NCBI GenBank assembly: GCA_903821745.1
Contig: CAIJMI010000003.1
Coordinates: 22,690 to 86,689 of the forward strand
DNA length: 64,000 nt
Direction: 5' to 3'
Origin: Candidatus Gottesmanbacteria bacterium
Lineage (GTDB): Bacteria > Patescibacteriota > Microgenomatia > UBA10105 > UBA927
The translations under genes were made by a program, and so were the position numbers. Numbering within the stretch: the stretch's first letter is position 1; each line of letters begins with the position of its first letter. The notes beneath the pieces were generated by a model that was given only the letters and a program-made list of their open reading frames with translations, was not told the origin of the DNA and did no database searches. Below, in pieces: positions 28,779 through 38,919 of this stretch.

Positions 28779-29596
28779 TCTGAGGATGTCGGTTTGGGCG
28801 TTTCTATCGATTTAACCCCTTTTAGTAAATCACGAATCTGTCCTGCTAATTTTTGTGCGTCGTTCATTGCTTTTCGTGCTATCTCAAGCATGGCTCGTGC
28901 GCTTTGGAGTTCTGTTCTATTTCCCGGCCATCCATCAGGCGTCAAAACAACCACTTTTTTTATTGCACCCCTTGCTTGGGTTGTAGCTTCTGTTAACTTG
29001 GCCTGTCGCTGCGTCATGAGTCCATTTATCGCATCAACGGAAATACCTTTTGCTTTCACTTCATCTATTCTCATTTGTAATTTTGTTGTTAATGTTGTCA
29101 TTTCTCCCTCAATAAGGGAAAGAATTTTATCCCCATTTGCAATAATGTTCATTTTTGGAATATATAATACATAAATACGATATGAACGAACTATTGACTG
29201 AATGCTTGATCTCAATGCTTCAATATCTGTCTGCCCTGTGATAGTTGTTTTTAATGTAGTAAGCGATGTAATCTCTTCCTGCACCTGTGCAAAAAGTGTT
29301 GATTTTTGTACCTCCGTCAGTCTCTTTATCACAGTTATTTTCTCAATAAGTTTCGTTAAAGATGCAATTCGTCGATCAAGTTCTTTTATTGCTTTTTCTT
29401 TTAACCTCGATGTAATATTTGTAGTATTTTCAATCCGTTTTTCCATTTTTTGTGTGGCTCTCACTTCAATAGCAGCACGCCGATCCTCTATTTTTATTGG
29501 TATAGGTGTATTTGTTATCGTTTCTTCTACTGCATAGACAGATGATGTTATACACAATGCTATTCCGAATCCTACTATAAACAAAAATTTTTTCAT
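28775..29596 (-). CDS. Secreted coiled-coil hypothetical protein
   Basis: Signal peptide ending VYA, long helical heptads. Confidence 0.75.
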   Translation of the reverse strand: MKKFLFIVGFGIALCITSSVYAVEETITNTPIPIKIEDRRAAIEVRATQKMEKRIENTTNITSRLKEKAIKELDRRIASLTKLIEKITVIKRLTEVQKSTLFAQVQEEITSLTTLKTTITGQTDIEALRSSIQSIVRSYRIYVLYIPKMNIIANGDKILSLIEGEMTTLTTKLQMRIDEVKAKGISVDAINGLMTQRQAKLTEATTQARGAIKKVVVLTPDGWPGNRTELQSARAMLEIARKAMNDAQKLAGQIRDLLKGVKSIETPKPTSSE

Positions 29597-29623
29597 ATTA
29601 TTCTCCTTTTTAAAACATTACCT

Positions 29624-29968
29624 TTACTCTGATAAATCTCCTATTTGATCGTTGAGTCCTGTATCAATTGATATAGCATCCAAATTAATAGTTTGCATGC
29701 TTTTATCAATATCTGTCACATCAGTATCAATTTTTGCATCTGTTGTGTCCGTTTGTTTAATCTGTGTCTTTGTAGGTGAAGCATTAAACAAACTTGTTTG
29801 AACTTTTTCCGTTGGCTTTGCAACAGCCTGCGTTGTATCTTGCGGGTTTGTCATTGCGACAGATGAACGCTTTTGAAGTATAAACAGACCTACTACTGTT
29901 ACAGCAATTAATATCGCTATTGCACCAATAACAACAATGGCACCACTTCCTCTACTGACGTATTTCAT
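29624..29968 (-). CDS. Single-TM hypothetical protein with an acidic C-terminus
   Basis: N-terminal TM, T/Q linker, D-rich tail; AAGGAG SD. Confidence 0.7.
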   Translation of the reverse strand: MKYVSRGSGAIVVIGAIAILIAVTVVGLFILQKRSSVAMTNPQDTTQAVAKPTEKVQTSLFNASPTKTQIKQTDTTDAKIDTDVTDIDKSMQTINLDAISIDTGLNDQIGDLSE

Positions 29969-30041
29969 ACATACTCCTTCATACAGTACCTATATTATAT
30001 AACTCCAGCATAAAAATCTATTCTATTGTACAATAGAGGAT

Positions 30042-30920
30042 ATGGAAACACAGAAAAAGAAGGTTGGAGTCGTCTGTATCGTCGGTCGCCCGAACGCCGG
30101 CAAATCAACACTTCTTAACATGATCTTAGGACAAAAGGTCTCTATAACCTCACCGAAGCCGCAAACAACTCGGTTTCCTTTGCAGGCAGTCTACGAAGAT
30201 GAACGTGGACAAATTATTTTTGTTGACACACCGGGCATTTTTGGAAAGACACCTGACCGCCTGTCAAAACGCGTTAACTCAAAGGCAGAAGAGGCACTTT
30301 CTTCTAACGTAGATGTTGTTGTTTACCTCATTGACCATACCCGAGACCGGGATTTTGAAGAAAACAAAGCGCTCGGCATAGTTCGAAAAACACATGCAGC
30401 AAAAATATTGGCAATTAATAAAATTGATATAAAAAATCCAACACACATTGTGCAATATAAATTCTTGGAAGATGAATTTGATGATGTTGTCGAACTTTCC
30501 GCACTTGAGGGCAAAAATATCCCTAATCTTTTAGATGCAATCTTTCGACATCTACATGAAGGAGAAAATTTAGTTGATACACAAACATTAACCCAACCGG
30601 GATTAAATCTTGATAGTCGCATGTTTCTGTCGGAAATTATTCGTGAAAAAGCGTATTTATTTTTGCGAAAAGAAGTTCCGTACTCTTTAACTGTCGCCAT
30701 TGATGAAACAACAGAACGGGATAACGGAACACTTTATATCAAAGCACGCATACTAACTAATCAAGATCGATACAAGAGAATGATTGTTGGCAAATCGGGA
30801 TATATGATCAAAGAAATATCCATGGCGTCACGTAAAGAATTGGAAACCGCAACAAACAAAAAGGTATTCTTAGATTTAACTGTTGAGGTTGACCCACATT
30901 GGGTAGATTATTTAGAGTAA
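30042..30920 (+). CDS. era: GTPase Era
   Basis: GRPNAGKST, PQTTR, DTPG, NKID, KH domain. Confidence 0.96.
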   Translation: METQKKKVGVVCIVGRPNAGKSTLLNMILGQKVSITSPKPQTTRFPLQAVYEDERGQIIFVDTPGIFGKTPDRLSKRVNSKAEEALSSNVDVVVYLIDHTRDRDFEENKALGIVRKTHAAKILAINKIDIKNPTHIVQYKFLEDEFDDVVELSALEGKNIPNLLDAIFRHLHEGENLVDTQTLTQPGLNLDSRMFLSEIIREKAYLFLRKEVPYSLTVAIDETTERDNGTLYIKARILTNQDRYKRMIVGKSGYMIKEISMASRKELETATNKKVFLDLTVEVDPHWVDYLE

Positions 30921-32309
30921 CGATAGCCGCTCGAGGGTTTCTTCTTTTCCTAAAACCTCCAATGATTCAAGAAGTGGAGGTCCCACAGTTTTTCCGGTAA
31001 TTGCAAGACGAAGCTCCATAAATACCTCTTTTGCTTTGACGTCCTTTTTATCAGAAGCATTACGCATTGCTTTCTCCATTGCATCGTGTGTCCATGAAGC
31101 AACAGATGATAATGCATCAATTGCAATCTGTAGCATCTCTTTTTTAATATCCCGTTCAAATGCAACAGGACGAACAAAGAAAAAATCTGCAAGACTTTCA
31201 AACTCGCCAAGTGTTTTCATGCGCTCCTTCACAAGTGGTAATATTTTTTTCATCAAATCCTTGCTATCTTTTGGCACTGTGGCATCAAACGCCGTAATTT
31301 TTTCTATCAGTTCGTCTTCATTCATCTTTCGAATATATTCTCCATTCATCCAACGAAGTTTTTCCTGATCAAATACGGGCGCTGTAGTTTGCACATCTTT
31401 AAGCTCAAATTGCGCAATCATTTCATCAACACTAAATAATTCTTTTCCGTCATACGACCAGGCCATAGTCGCCATATAATTTTTCATTGCTTCTGGCAAG
31501 TACCCCTTTACGCGATAATCTGATACCCAAACGGGATTTTTTCGTTTAGAAAGCTTGCTTTTATCTGGATTTCGAAGGACCGACACATGTGCAATCTGTG
31601 GCATCTCCCACCCAAAGAACTGATACAACAGAATGTGTTTTGGTGTGGAGGAAATCCATTCCTCACCACGAATAATATGTGATATTTCCATGATGTGATC
31701 ATCAACGACAACACCTAAATGGTATGTTGGATATCCATCCGATTTTATAAGCACTTGATCATCAATTAATTTATTTTCAAAAGAAATGTCCCCGCGAATA
31801 AGATCATGAAATGTTGTTGTTCCCTCTTCTGGAACATTCAGTCTAATCACATATTTTTCTCCATTTGCAATCCGTTTTTTTGCCTCTTCAAGAGGAATTT
31901 TTTTACACAAGCCGTCATACATTGGTGGCTGATGATTCGCTTCCTGACTTTTCCGCATTTCCTCCAAGCGACTGGCCGTACAGAAACAATAATATGCATG
32001 TCCTTTTTCCGCTAATTCCTCTGCGTATTTTATATATATTGGTAATCTATCTGACTGGCGATACGGAGCAAATGGGCCTCCAATATCAGGTCCCTCTTGA
32101 TGAGGAATCCCCAACCATTCCAGTGATTTTAATATCCGTTGTTCGGATCCTTCAACAAGTCGTGTTCTGTCTGTATCTTCAACACGAATAATGAATTGAC
32201 CGTTATTTTTTTTCGCCACTACGTAGTTAATTAATGCAGTATAGGCGTTGCCAATATGCAGGTCCTGACCGGTCGGAGATGGTGCGATTCTTGTTCTAAC
32301 TTTGATCAT
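30912..32309 (-). CDS. gltX: Glutamate--tRNA ligase
   Basis: APSPTG, HIGN, RVEDTD, RGEEW, KLSKR. Confidence 0.96.
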   Translation of the reverse strand: MIKVRTRIAPSPTGQDLHIGNAYTALINYVVAKKNNGQFIIRVEDTDRTRLVEGSEQRILKSLEWLGIPHQEGPDIGGPFAPYRQSDRLPIYIKYAEELAEKGHAYYCFCTASRLEEMRKSQEANHQPPMYDGLCKKIPLEEAKKRIANGEKYVIRLNVPEEGTTTFHDLIRGDISFENKLIDDQVLIKSDGYPTYHLGVVVDDHIMEISHIIRGEEWISSTPKHILLYQFFGWEMPQIAHVSVLRNPDKSKLSKRKNPVWVSDYRVKGYLPEAMKNYMATMAWSYDGKELFSVDEMIAQFELKDVQTTAPVFDQEKLRWMNGEYIRKMNEDELIEKITAFDATVPKDSKDLMKKILPLVKERMKTLGEFESLADFFFVRPVAFERDIKKEMLQIAIDALSSVASWTHDAMEKAMRNASDKKDVKAKEVFMELRLAITGKTVGPPLLESLEVLGKEETLERLSLL

Positions 32310-32358
32310 AATAGCCATTTGATTGTATCATAGAAATATACTGTATACTTAGTAAGGT

Positions 32359-33420
32359 ATGGCAACACTCACGGAAACTGCTTATCAGACAAGAAAGGCC
32401 ATTAATTGGATGATTCTTGCTATTATCGCCTATATTATCTTGCGTATTTTTTGGAGCATAACCAGTTCAATTTTTCTAATGATTTTTCCGCCTAAGGCGC
32501 CTCCACCAACACATGCGTTTGGAAAACTGCCCCCTCTCCAATTTCCTGCACCTGTTTCCTCACCATCTGGAACACTGACATTTCAACTTGAAACTATTGA
32601 AGGGACGGTGCCTAAAGCATCTGAATCAGCAACGGTCTTTTTTATGTCAAAATCAGCACCAAATCTGTTAGCACTCACTAACGCAACAGCGTTTGCAAAA
32701 CGGCTTGAGTTTATCAATGAGCCAATACAGGAAACAAAATATATCTATCGCTATGAAGACGCAGAGGCACCACTTCGAAAACTTCGCTATGACATCGTCA
32801 CAAAAAATTTCATTCTCCGTTATTTATACGAACAAGATATGGGAGTTTTCACCGAACGAAATATAGCCCTTGAAGATGCTGCAAAGATGGAGGCAAAAAA
32901 TATTCTTCAAACATACAATCTCTATGAAAAAGATATTGAGCTTGGGACAACAAAAGTACAGTATCTCAAACTCTCTGGTAATACGCTTACACAAACGACA
33001 AGCCAATCACAGGCTGATGCTGTTCGTATCGATTATTTCAGACAATCAGTAGCGGGGACGCAAATCGTTACGCCGTATCCCGGAGAAGGACCAATATCAT
33101 TTGTTTTTTCTGGATCAACAAATATTAAAAAACGAGTTTTACAATTTGCCTATACGTTCTGGCCCGTCGATTATCAAACAACAGCAACATATGCATTAAA
33201 ACCAAGTAGTCTTGCATGGACAGAACTTCAAAACGGACAGGGGTATATTGTTAGATATCCAAAAAAAACTCTGACTGCAGTCGTTCGAAAAGTCACACTT
33301 GCGTATTATGACTCCATAGAACCGCAGACGTATCTTCAACCTGTATTTGTCTTTGAAGGAGATAATGATTTTCTTGCATACGTTCCCGCAGTGGATGCGA
33401 CATGGGTCGAAGCAAAATAA
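32359..33420 (+). CDS. Membrane-anchored hypothetical protein
   Basis: N-terminal TM, Pro-rich linker, C-terminal LAYY...YLQPVFVF. Confidence 0.75.
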   Translation: MATLTETAYQTRKAINWMILAIIAYIILRIFWSITSSIFLMIFPPKAPPPTHAFGKLPPLQFPAPVSSPSGTLTFQLETIEGTVPKASESATVFFMSKSAPNLLALTNATAFAKRLEFINEPIQETKYIYRYEDAEAPLRKLRYDIVTKNFILRYLYEQDMGVFTERNIALEDAAKMEAKNILQTYNLYEKDIELGTTKVQYLKLSGNTLTQTTSQSQADAVRIDYFRQSVAGTQIVTPYPGEGPISFVFSGSTNIKKRVLQFAYTFWPVDYQTTATYALKPSSLAWTELQNGQGYIVRYPKKTLTAVVRKVTLAYYDSIEPQTYLQPVFVFEGDNDFLAYVPAVDATWVEAK

Positions 33421-33434
33421 TTAGGTATTGTTCC

Positions 33435-34406
33435 TTACGGGGTATATGTTTGCCACTCAATATTTGTAAATGTCCAATTAATTAGAGCAATCGTATCACC
33501 AAACCGGTCAGCGCTTTTCAAAACGACAATGATAACTCGTCTTCCATTCCGTTCAATAAGAGTTACTAAATTTTCCCCTGCTTCTTCCGTCCAACCGGTT
33601 TTAATACCAGCAACCCCCGGAATTTTCCCCAATAATTGATTCACGTTACTTAACTTATGAAAATACGTATGTGTTACATCGGAAACAGTTATTTGTGGAA
33701 TACCCACCATTTTCGAAATGGTTTTATTAGCAAGTGCCACATCAGCTAGTCTTGCTAAATCTTCAGCAGTCATATAATGATCTGAATCATCATATCCAAC
33801 AGGATTTACAAAATGGCTTGCAGAAAGATGAAGACTTTCTGCTTTTTTATTCATCGCGTTAACGAACGCAGTAAGCCCACCTGGATAATTATTTGCAAGT
33901 GCGTATCCTGCATCATTACCAGAATAAATCAGCATGCCGTAGAGTAAATTTTCAACCGTTATCCGTTCCCCTGAAACAAGCCCCATCACTTGTCCATGAT
34001 TCATCGGTTGAACGACTGTCACTATGTCGTCAAGTTGCATTGAATCAAGTACGACAAGTGCCGTCAATATTTTTGTTGTCGATGCAGGAGCGAGTCGGTC
34101 TGTGCTATTTCGTTTAAAAATGTACACACCCGATGTCAAATCCTGAATCATGATGGATTTGGCTGATATTTCATTTCCAGGAATTACACCGGTTTTATTT
34201 ACTGGATATGGAGGAGGCACAGGAATGGTCACAACGGGGTCTTTGTTACTACCGATAAATTGTTCAACTACGTACCGATTTTGGCCCGGGTACCAAAGAA
34301 AAAATACAATAGCGACAACAAGGATGATCCATCTGTCAATCCGTGTAGTAATAACACGCGGAATCTTTTTAAAAATAGTTCGAATATTCTGCATGGCAGG
34401 GATCAA
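33435..34406 (-). CDS. D-alanyl-D-alanine carboxypeptidase (peptidase S11)
   Basis: PASTTK, SGNDA, KTG. Confidence 0.92.
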   Translation of the reverse strand: MIPAMQNIRTIFKKIPRVITTRIDRWIILVVAIVFFLWYPGQNRYVVEQFIGSNKDPVVTIPVPPPYPVNKTGVIPGNEISAKSIMIQDLTSGVYIFKRNSTDRLAPASTTKILTALVVLDSMQLDDIVTVVQPMNHGQVMGLVSGERITVENLLYGMLIYSGNDAGYALANNYPGGLTAFVNAMNKKAESLHLSASHFVNPVGYDDSDHYMTAEDLARLADVALANKTISKMVGIPQITVSDVTHTYFHKLSNVNQLLGKIPGVAGIKTGWTEEAGENLVTLIERNGRRVIIVVLKSADRFGDTIALINWTFTNIEWQTYTP

Positions 34407-34409
34407 TAA

Positions 34410-35777
34410 TTACTTTTTCTTTTTGAGGCTTAATCCTAATTCTTTCAGTTGTTCATCGGCTACTTTTCCTGGTGCATCCATAACACTTGTTTGACCACTG
34501 GATGTTTGTGGAAATGCCTGCACTTCTTTGATAGATGTTTCCCCCATCAATCCCATCAAAAATCTATCTATACCAAGCGCTATTCCTCCGTGAGGAGGAG
34601 CACCATATTGAAATGCAGTTAGCATATGTCCAAATTTTTCCTGAATTGCCTCTTTTGAATGCCCCAAAACTTCAAACACTTTTGCAAGCACCGCTGGATC
34701 GTTACTTCTAATACTACCGCCTCCTGCTTCATACCCATTCCAGACAAGATCATATTGTAGCGTTGCGATTCCTTCAATTTGCCCTTTCATAAATGCTTCT
34801 TTTTGTTCTTCGGGCATTCCTGAAAAAGGATTATGTGTATATGTCCATTTCCCTTCTTTATCTTTTTCAAAAAATGGAAAATCAATAACCCATGCGAATG
34901 CATTAATCCCGCTTTTCTTTTCCTCTTCTGTTCGAAGATCAAATTTATCTGCTCCGAATTGCTTCATCGCCTGGTCATAGGTATATATAGGAAAAGGTTT
35001 CTTTTGAATAATTCCTCCGAGTTTTTCAACAATTTCAGTAACCATCCGTTCAATTAAACCCATCACATCTTCCCGTTTTACAAAACTCATTTCAATATCA
35101 AGTTGTGTATGTTCAAATCCCCGATCGGCACGCAAATCTTCATCACGCATACACCGAGCGATTTGAAAATACCGTTCAAATCCTGCAACCATCAATAATT
35201 GTTTATATTGTTGTGGTGATTGTGGAAGTGCATAAAATTCGCCTTGTTGTAACCGTGATGGCACAAGAAAATCCCGTGAACCTTCTGGGGTAGATTTGGT
35301 AAGCAAAGGCGTTTCAATTTCCACAAAATCATTTTTGAACAAATACTCCCGCATCATGTTTACCACTTTTGACCGCATTCTAATATTTTTTTGTAATCGT
35401 TCACGACGCAAATCCAAATACCGGTATTTCAACCGTATCTCTTCATTAATATCCCGTCCATCCGTATCAAGAGGAAATGGAAGTTCTGTGGCATGAGAAA
35501 GAATGGTTACCGTTTGTGCTTCAATTTCAATGGTCCCCGTTGTCAGTTTTGGGTTAATCATTGATTCCGGACGTTTTTTAACTATACCCTCTATCTCCAC
35601 ACAATCTTCTGGTTTTACATCGCCCAGTGTTTTCATGGATACCACCTGCACGACACCTGATCGATCACGAACATCCAAAAACATAATTTTCCCGTGGTCA
35701 CGACGTGCATTAATCCATCCTTGTAGCACGACTTTTTCTCCAATTTTTTCAGGAGTTGAAGCAATAAGAGTTCTCAT
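34410..35777 (-). CDS. aspS: Aspartate--tRNA ligase, short form lacking the GAD insertion, probably non-discriminating
   Basis: RRDHG, RLKYRYLDLR, PQSPQ, GAPPHGGIALGIDR; about 455 aa. Confidence 0.93.
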   Translation of the reverse strand: MRTLIASTPEKIGEKVVLQGWINARRDHGKIMFLDVRDRSGVVQVVSMKTLGDVKPEDCVEIEGIVKKRPESMINPKLTTGTIEIEAQTVTILSHATELPFPLDTDGRDINEEIRLKYRYLDLRRERLQKNIRMRSKVVNMMREYLFKNDFVEIETPLLTKSTPEGSRDFLVPSRLQQGEFYALPQSPQQYKQLLMVAGFERYFQIARCMRDEDLRADRGFEHTQLDIEMSFVKREDVMGLIERMVTEIVEKLGGIIQKKPFPIYTYDQAMKQFGADKFDLRTEEEKKSGINAFAWVIDFPFFEKDKEGKWTYTHNPFSGMPEEQKEAFMKGQIEGIATLQYDLVWNGYEAGGGSIRSNDPAVLAKVFEVLGHSKEAIQEKFGHMLTAFQYGAPPHGGIALGIDRFLMGLMGETSIKEVQAFPQTSSGQTSVMDAPGKVADEQLKELGLSLKKKK

Positions 35778-35827
35778 AGAACTCATTCTAAAGCTTCGGA
35801 TAATTCTTGACAAGGGAGACTCAAAAC

Positions 35828-37489
35828 TTAGGTGAGATGGATATCACGAATTTTTATTTGCATCGTGGTCGTACCGTTCCAAACATTTTCATCAACAGTA
35901 TAGGCAACATCAACATGGGTACCAACAGGTATTACTTCAGCCATTTCCCCAAATCCGAATGCAACTGCGTCCATTATCTTCTTCTCTTCATCTTTCAATT
36001 TTAATTTTAAATGGTTCATTTTTGCACCAATTTTCCGAACCTGATCAACCATCACATTCCGAGAAACAAATACCGGTTCATAATTCCCTAGACCAAATGG
36101 AGCAAATGCAGAAATACCAATAAATAATGATTTTGTAATCATGGTGAGTGGAAGTTCTGTATCAACAAACAACGACCGTGTAAATAATGCATCTGAAATT
36201 ACTTCAACACTCTTTTGAGCAAAAAATGCTTTTAGTTCAGACAATTTTTTTGTTTCCACCGTAAATCCCGCAGCCATAGGATGACCACCAACATCAACTA
36301 AGAGATCTCCAGCACTTCTGATAAATTCAACAATGTTAAATCCTGCAATAGACCGTGCTGACGCTTTAGAAAATATCTCTCCCTCCGCAATCACAATGCT
36401 TGGTCGGTAATACTCTTCCACCAGTTTTCCAGCTACCAGTCCGATAATACCGGGGTTATATGATGGATCTGAAACAACCAACATTTTTTTCTTTTTAATA
36501 TCTTCAATTTTTGAAAGCCCTGTCAGTGCATGGAGGGTTGTGTCGACGGTTAGTTGTTGTCGTTCTTTGTTTGTCAGACCTAATTTGGAAGCTAGCATAG
36601 TTGCCCGTTCTTCATTTTTTGTACATAACAAACGGAGTGCATCAATGGCATGATCCAGTCTTCCCATTGCATTGAGGCGTGGGGCAATAATATGAGAGAT
36701 ATCAGACGTGACAATTGCTTTTTCCTCAAGGCCTGATTCTTTTATGAGCGCTAAGAGTCCAATCCGTTTCGTTTTTCCTATTTCAATAAGCCCGTATTTT
36801 GTAATGCTTCTATTTGGACCAACAAGTGGAACCATATCGGCAATGGTGCCAATAGTGGCAAGAGCTAGTAAATCCTGCACCTTTGTTCGCTCATTTTCTG
36901 TTAACAAGGTTTTAGCAATAAACCAGGAAATACCCGCACCACAAAGATCCGTTGTATGAACGGTGACACAATCAGGCAAATGCTTTGGGGGCAGATGGTG
37001 ATCAGAGATAATAACGTCTATCCCTAGATTTTGTGCGTACTTAACTTGTTGCCATGCGGTAATACCATGATCCACCGTTATGATAAGCGTCGGATTGAAT
37101 TCTGTGACACAAGTCTGAATACCCTTTTCTGACAACCCATATCCTTCTTCAATTCGATGCGGAACATACGGCATCACTTGTGCGCCTAATGAATGAAGCG
37201 CTTCCCACATAATTGCTCCTGCTGTTATTCCGTCGGCATCATAATCGGCATAGACGACAATTGATTCTTTGTTTTTAATTGCTTTTTCAATACGAGCAAC
37301 TGCCTTTTTTAAAGAAGTTCCCTGTATGCCCACTTCATGCGGTGTTAAATCGATTGGCTGTTTTGGATGAAGAAATGCCTCTTTTGTGCTTTTGGTCGTC
37401 AATCCTCTGTTTGCAAGAAGGACTTCAACAACGTCGTCAACATTCTTAATTTTTTCAAAGTTTGTATCCTGTATATTCCAGTTTTTCAT
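35828..37489 (-). CDS. recJ: ssDNA exonuclease RecJ
   Basis: DYDADG, VDHG, DHH, PRLNAMGR, GGHPMAAG. Confidence 0.95.
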   Translation of the reverse strand: MKNWNIQDTNFEKIKNVDDVVEVLLANRGLTTKSTKEAFLHPKQPIDLTPHEVGIQGTSLKKAVARIEKAIKNKESIVVYADYDADGITAGAIMWEALHSLGAQVMPYVPHRIEEGYGLSEKGIQTCVTEFNPTLIITVDHGITAWQQVKYAQNLGIDVIISDHHLPPKHLPDCVTVHTTDLCGAGISWFIAKTLLTENERTKVQDLLALATIGTIADMVPLVGPNRSITKYGLIEIGKTKRIGLLALIKESGLEEKAIVTSDISHIIAPRLNAMGRLDHAIDALRLLCTKNEERATMLASKLGLTNKERQQLTVDTTLHALTGLSKIEDIKKKKMLVVSDPSYNPGIIGLVAGKLVEEYYRPSIVIAEGEIFSKASARSIAGFNIVEFIRSAGDLLVDVGGHPMAAGFTVETKKLSELKAFFAQKSVEVISDALFTRSLFVDTELPLTMITKSLFIGISAFAPFGLGNYEPVFVSRNVMVDQVRKIGAKMNHLKLKLKDEEKKIMDAVAFGFGEMAEVIPVGTHVDVAYTVDENVWNGTTTMQIKIRDIHLT

Positions 37490-37524
37490 GGTCTCTATGG
37501 TATCATAAGAGGAGCAAATACCGT

Positions 37525-38919
37525 ATGAGTACTATAGAACCAATGCCCAAAAAAGCCAAGGAAACCATACTTACCATGCAACGCGCAGGGTACGAATGCT
37601 ATGCTGTCGGTGGGTCTGTCAGAGACACCTTAATGGGTCAGAAAACCAAAGGATGGGACTTTACCACTAACGCAACGCCTGAACAGATTCTTGCTGTATT
37701 TCCTGATAGTTTTTATGACAATCAGTTTGGTACTGTTGGAATAAAAATCTATGCAACAGAAAAAAAACATGACGAAACCGAAAAACCGATTGATATTTAC
37801 GAAATAACTACCTATCGAAGTGAAAAGGGGTATAAAGATCACCGACATCCTGATACTGTTTCCTGGGGAAAAACACTGAAGGAAGATCTCTCTCGAAGAG
37901 ACTTTTCCATTAATGCCATTGCGTGGGACGGGGAATCACTCATTGATCCCTATAATGGACAAAACGCTATTGAGAATAAACAACTTAAAACCGTTGGTAA
38001 TCCAGATGAACGATTTGCAGAAGATGCACTCCGTATGATGCGCGCAATTCGAATCGCAAGTCAGTTAGGTTTTCAAATTGAAGAAACGACAAATGCAGCA
38101 ATTTGCAACCACGCAAGTCTTTTTGATGACATTTCCAAAGAACGGGTACGGGATGAATTCCTAAAAATCCTTGTAAGCCCCTTTAGTGCTGATGGCATCA
38201 TACTTTTAAAAAATACGGGACTCCTTGCTCATATTGTTCCAGAACTTGTTCCTGCGTTTACCACGGAACAAAAAAGTCCAAACCGACATCATCTTTATGA
38301 TGTTGGTGTTCACAGTGTAAAAGCAATGGAAGCATGCCCATCGATTGACCCAATCGTTAAATTTGCAACACTTATTCATGACATTGGAAAACCCAAAACG
38401 TTTCGAAAAGATGAAACGGGGCAAATTACCTTTTATAATCATGAAGTTGCAGGAACAGCAATTGCCAGACGTGTTGTCGAACGACTACGATTTTCAAAAA
38501 AAGACAGCGAACGTATTCTTACCCTCATCAGGTGGCATCAATTTAGCGTTGATGAACGGCAAACAGATAGTGCTATCCGAAGAATCATACGAAGAGTTGG
38601 TAAAGAAAACCTGAATGATATTCTTGCGCTTCGCATTGGTGATCGTCTCGGAGGCGGAGCACTTGAAACATCCTGGAGATTGGAACTTTTTAAAAAAAGA
38701 CTTGAAGAAGTACAACAACAGCCATTTTCCGTCAAAGATTTAAAGATTAATGGAAATGATATTATGAATGTTCTTGGGGTTCGTCCGGGACCCATCATTG
38801 GAAAAACACTCAGTGATATTTTTGCTGACGTTGAAAAAGGAACACTCGTGAATGAACGAGAGACATTACTTAAAAAGATTACTTCTTTTTCTTCTGTTCC
38901 AAATAGTCCCACAAAATAA
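37525..38919 (+). CDS. cca: CCA tRNA nucleotidyltransferase with HD domain
   Basis: VGGSVRD, DLSRRDFSINA, EDALR, HDIGKP. Confidence 0.88.
   Translation: MSTIEPMPKKAKETILTMQRAGYECYAVGGSVRDTLMGQKTKGWDFTTNATPEQILAVFPDSFYDNQFGTVGIKIYATEKKHDETEKPIDIYEITTYRSEKGYKDHRHPDTVSWGKTLKEDLSRRDFSINAIAWDGESLIDPYNGQNAIENKQLKTVGNPDERFAEDALRMMRAIRIASQLGFQIEETTNAAICNHASLFDDISKERVRDEFLKILVSPFSADGIILLKNTGLLAHIVPELVPAFTTEQKSPNRHHLYDVGVHSVKAMEACPSIDPIVKFATLIHDIGKPKTFRKDETGQITFYNHEVAGTAIARRVVERLRFSKKDSERILTLIRWHQFSVDERQTDSAIRRIIRRVGKENLNDILALRIGDRLGGGALETSWRLELFKKRLEEVQQQPFSVKDLKINGNDIMNVLGVRPGPIIGKTLSDIFADVEKGTLVNERETLLKKITSFSSVPNSPTK

Noticed and set aside
38879-38919. 41-nt convergent overlap of cca and secF
   Set aside because: Consistent with genome compaction seen at other convergent junctions; no further signal
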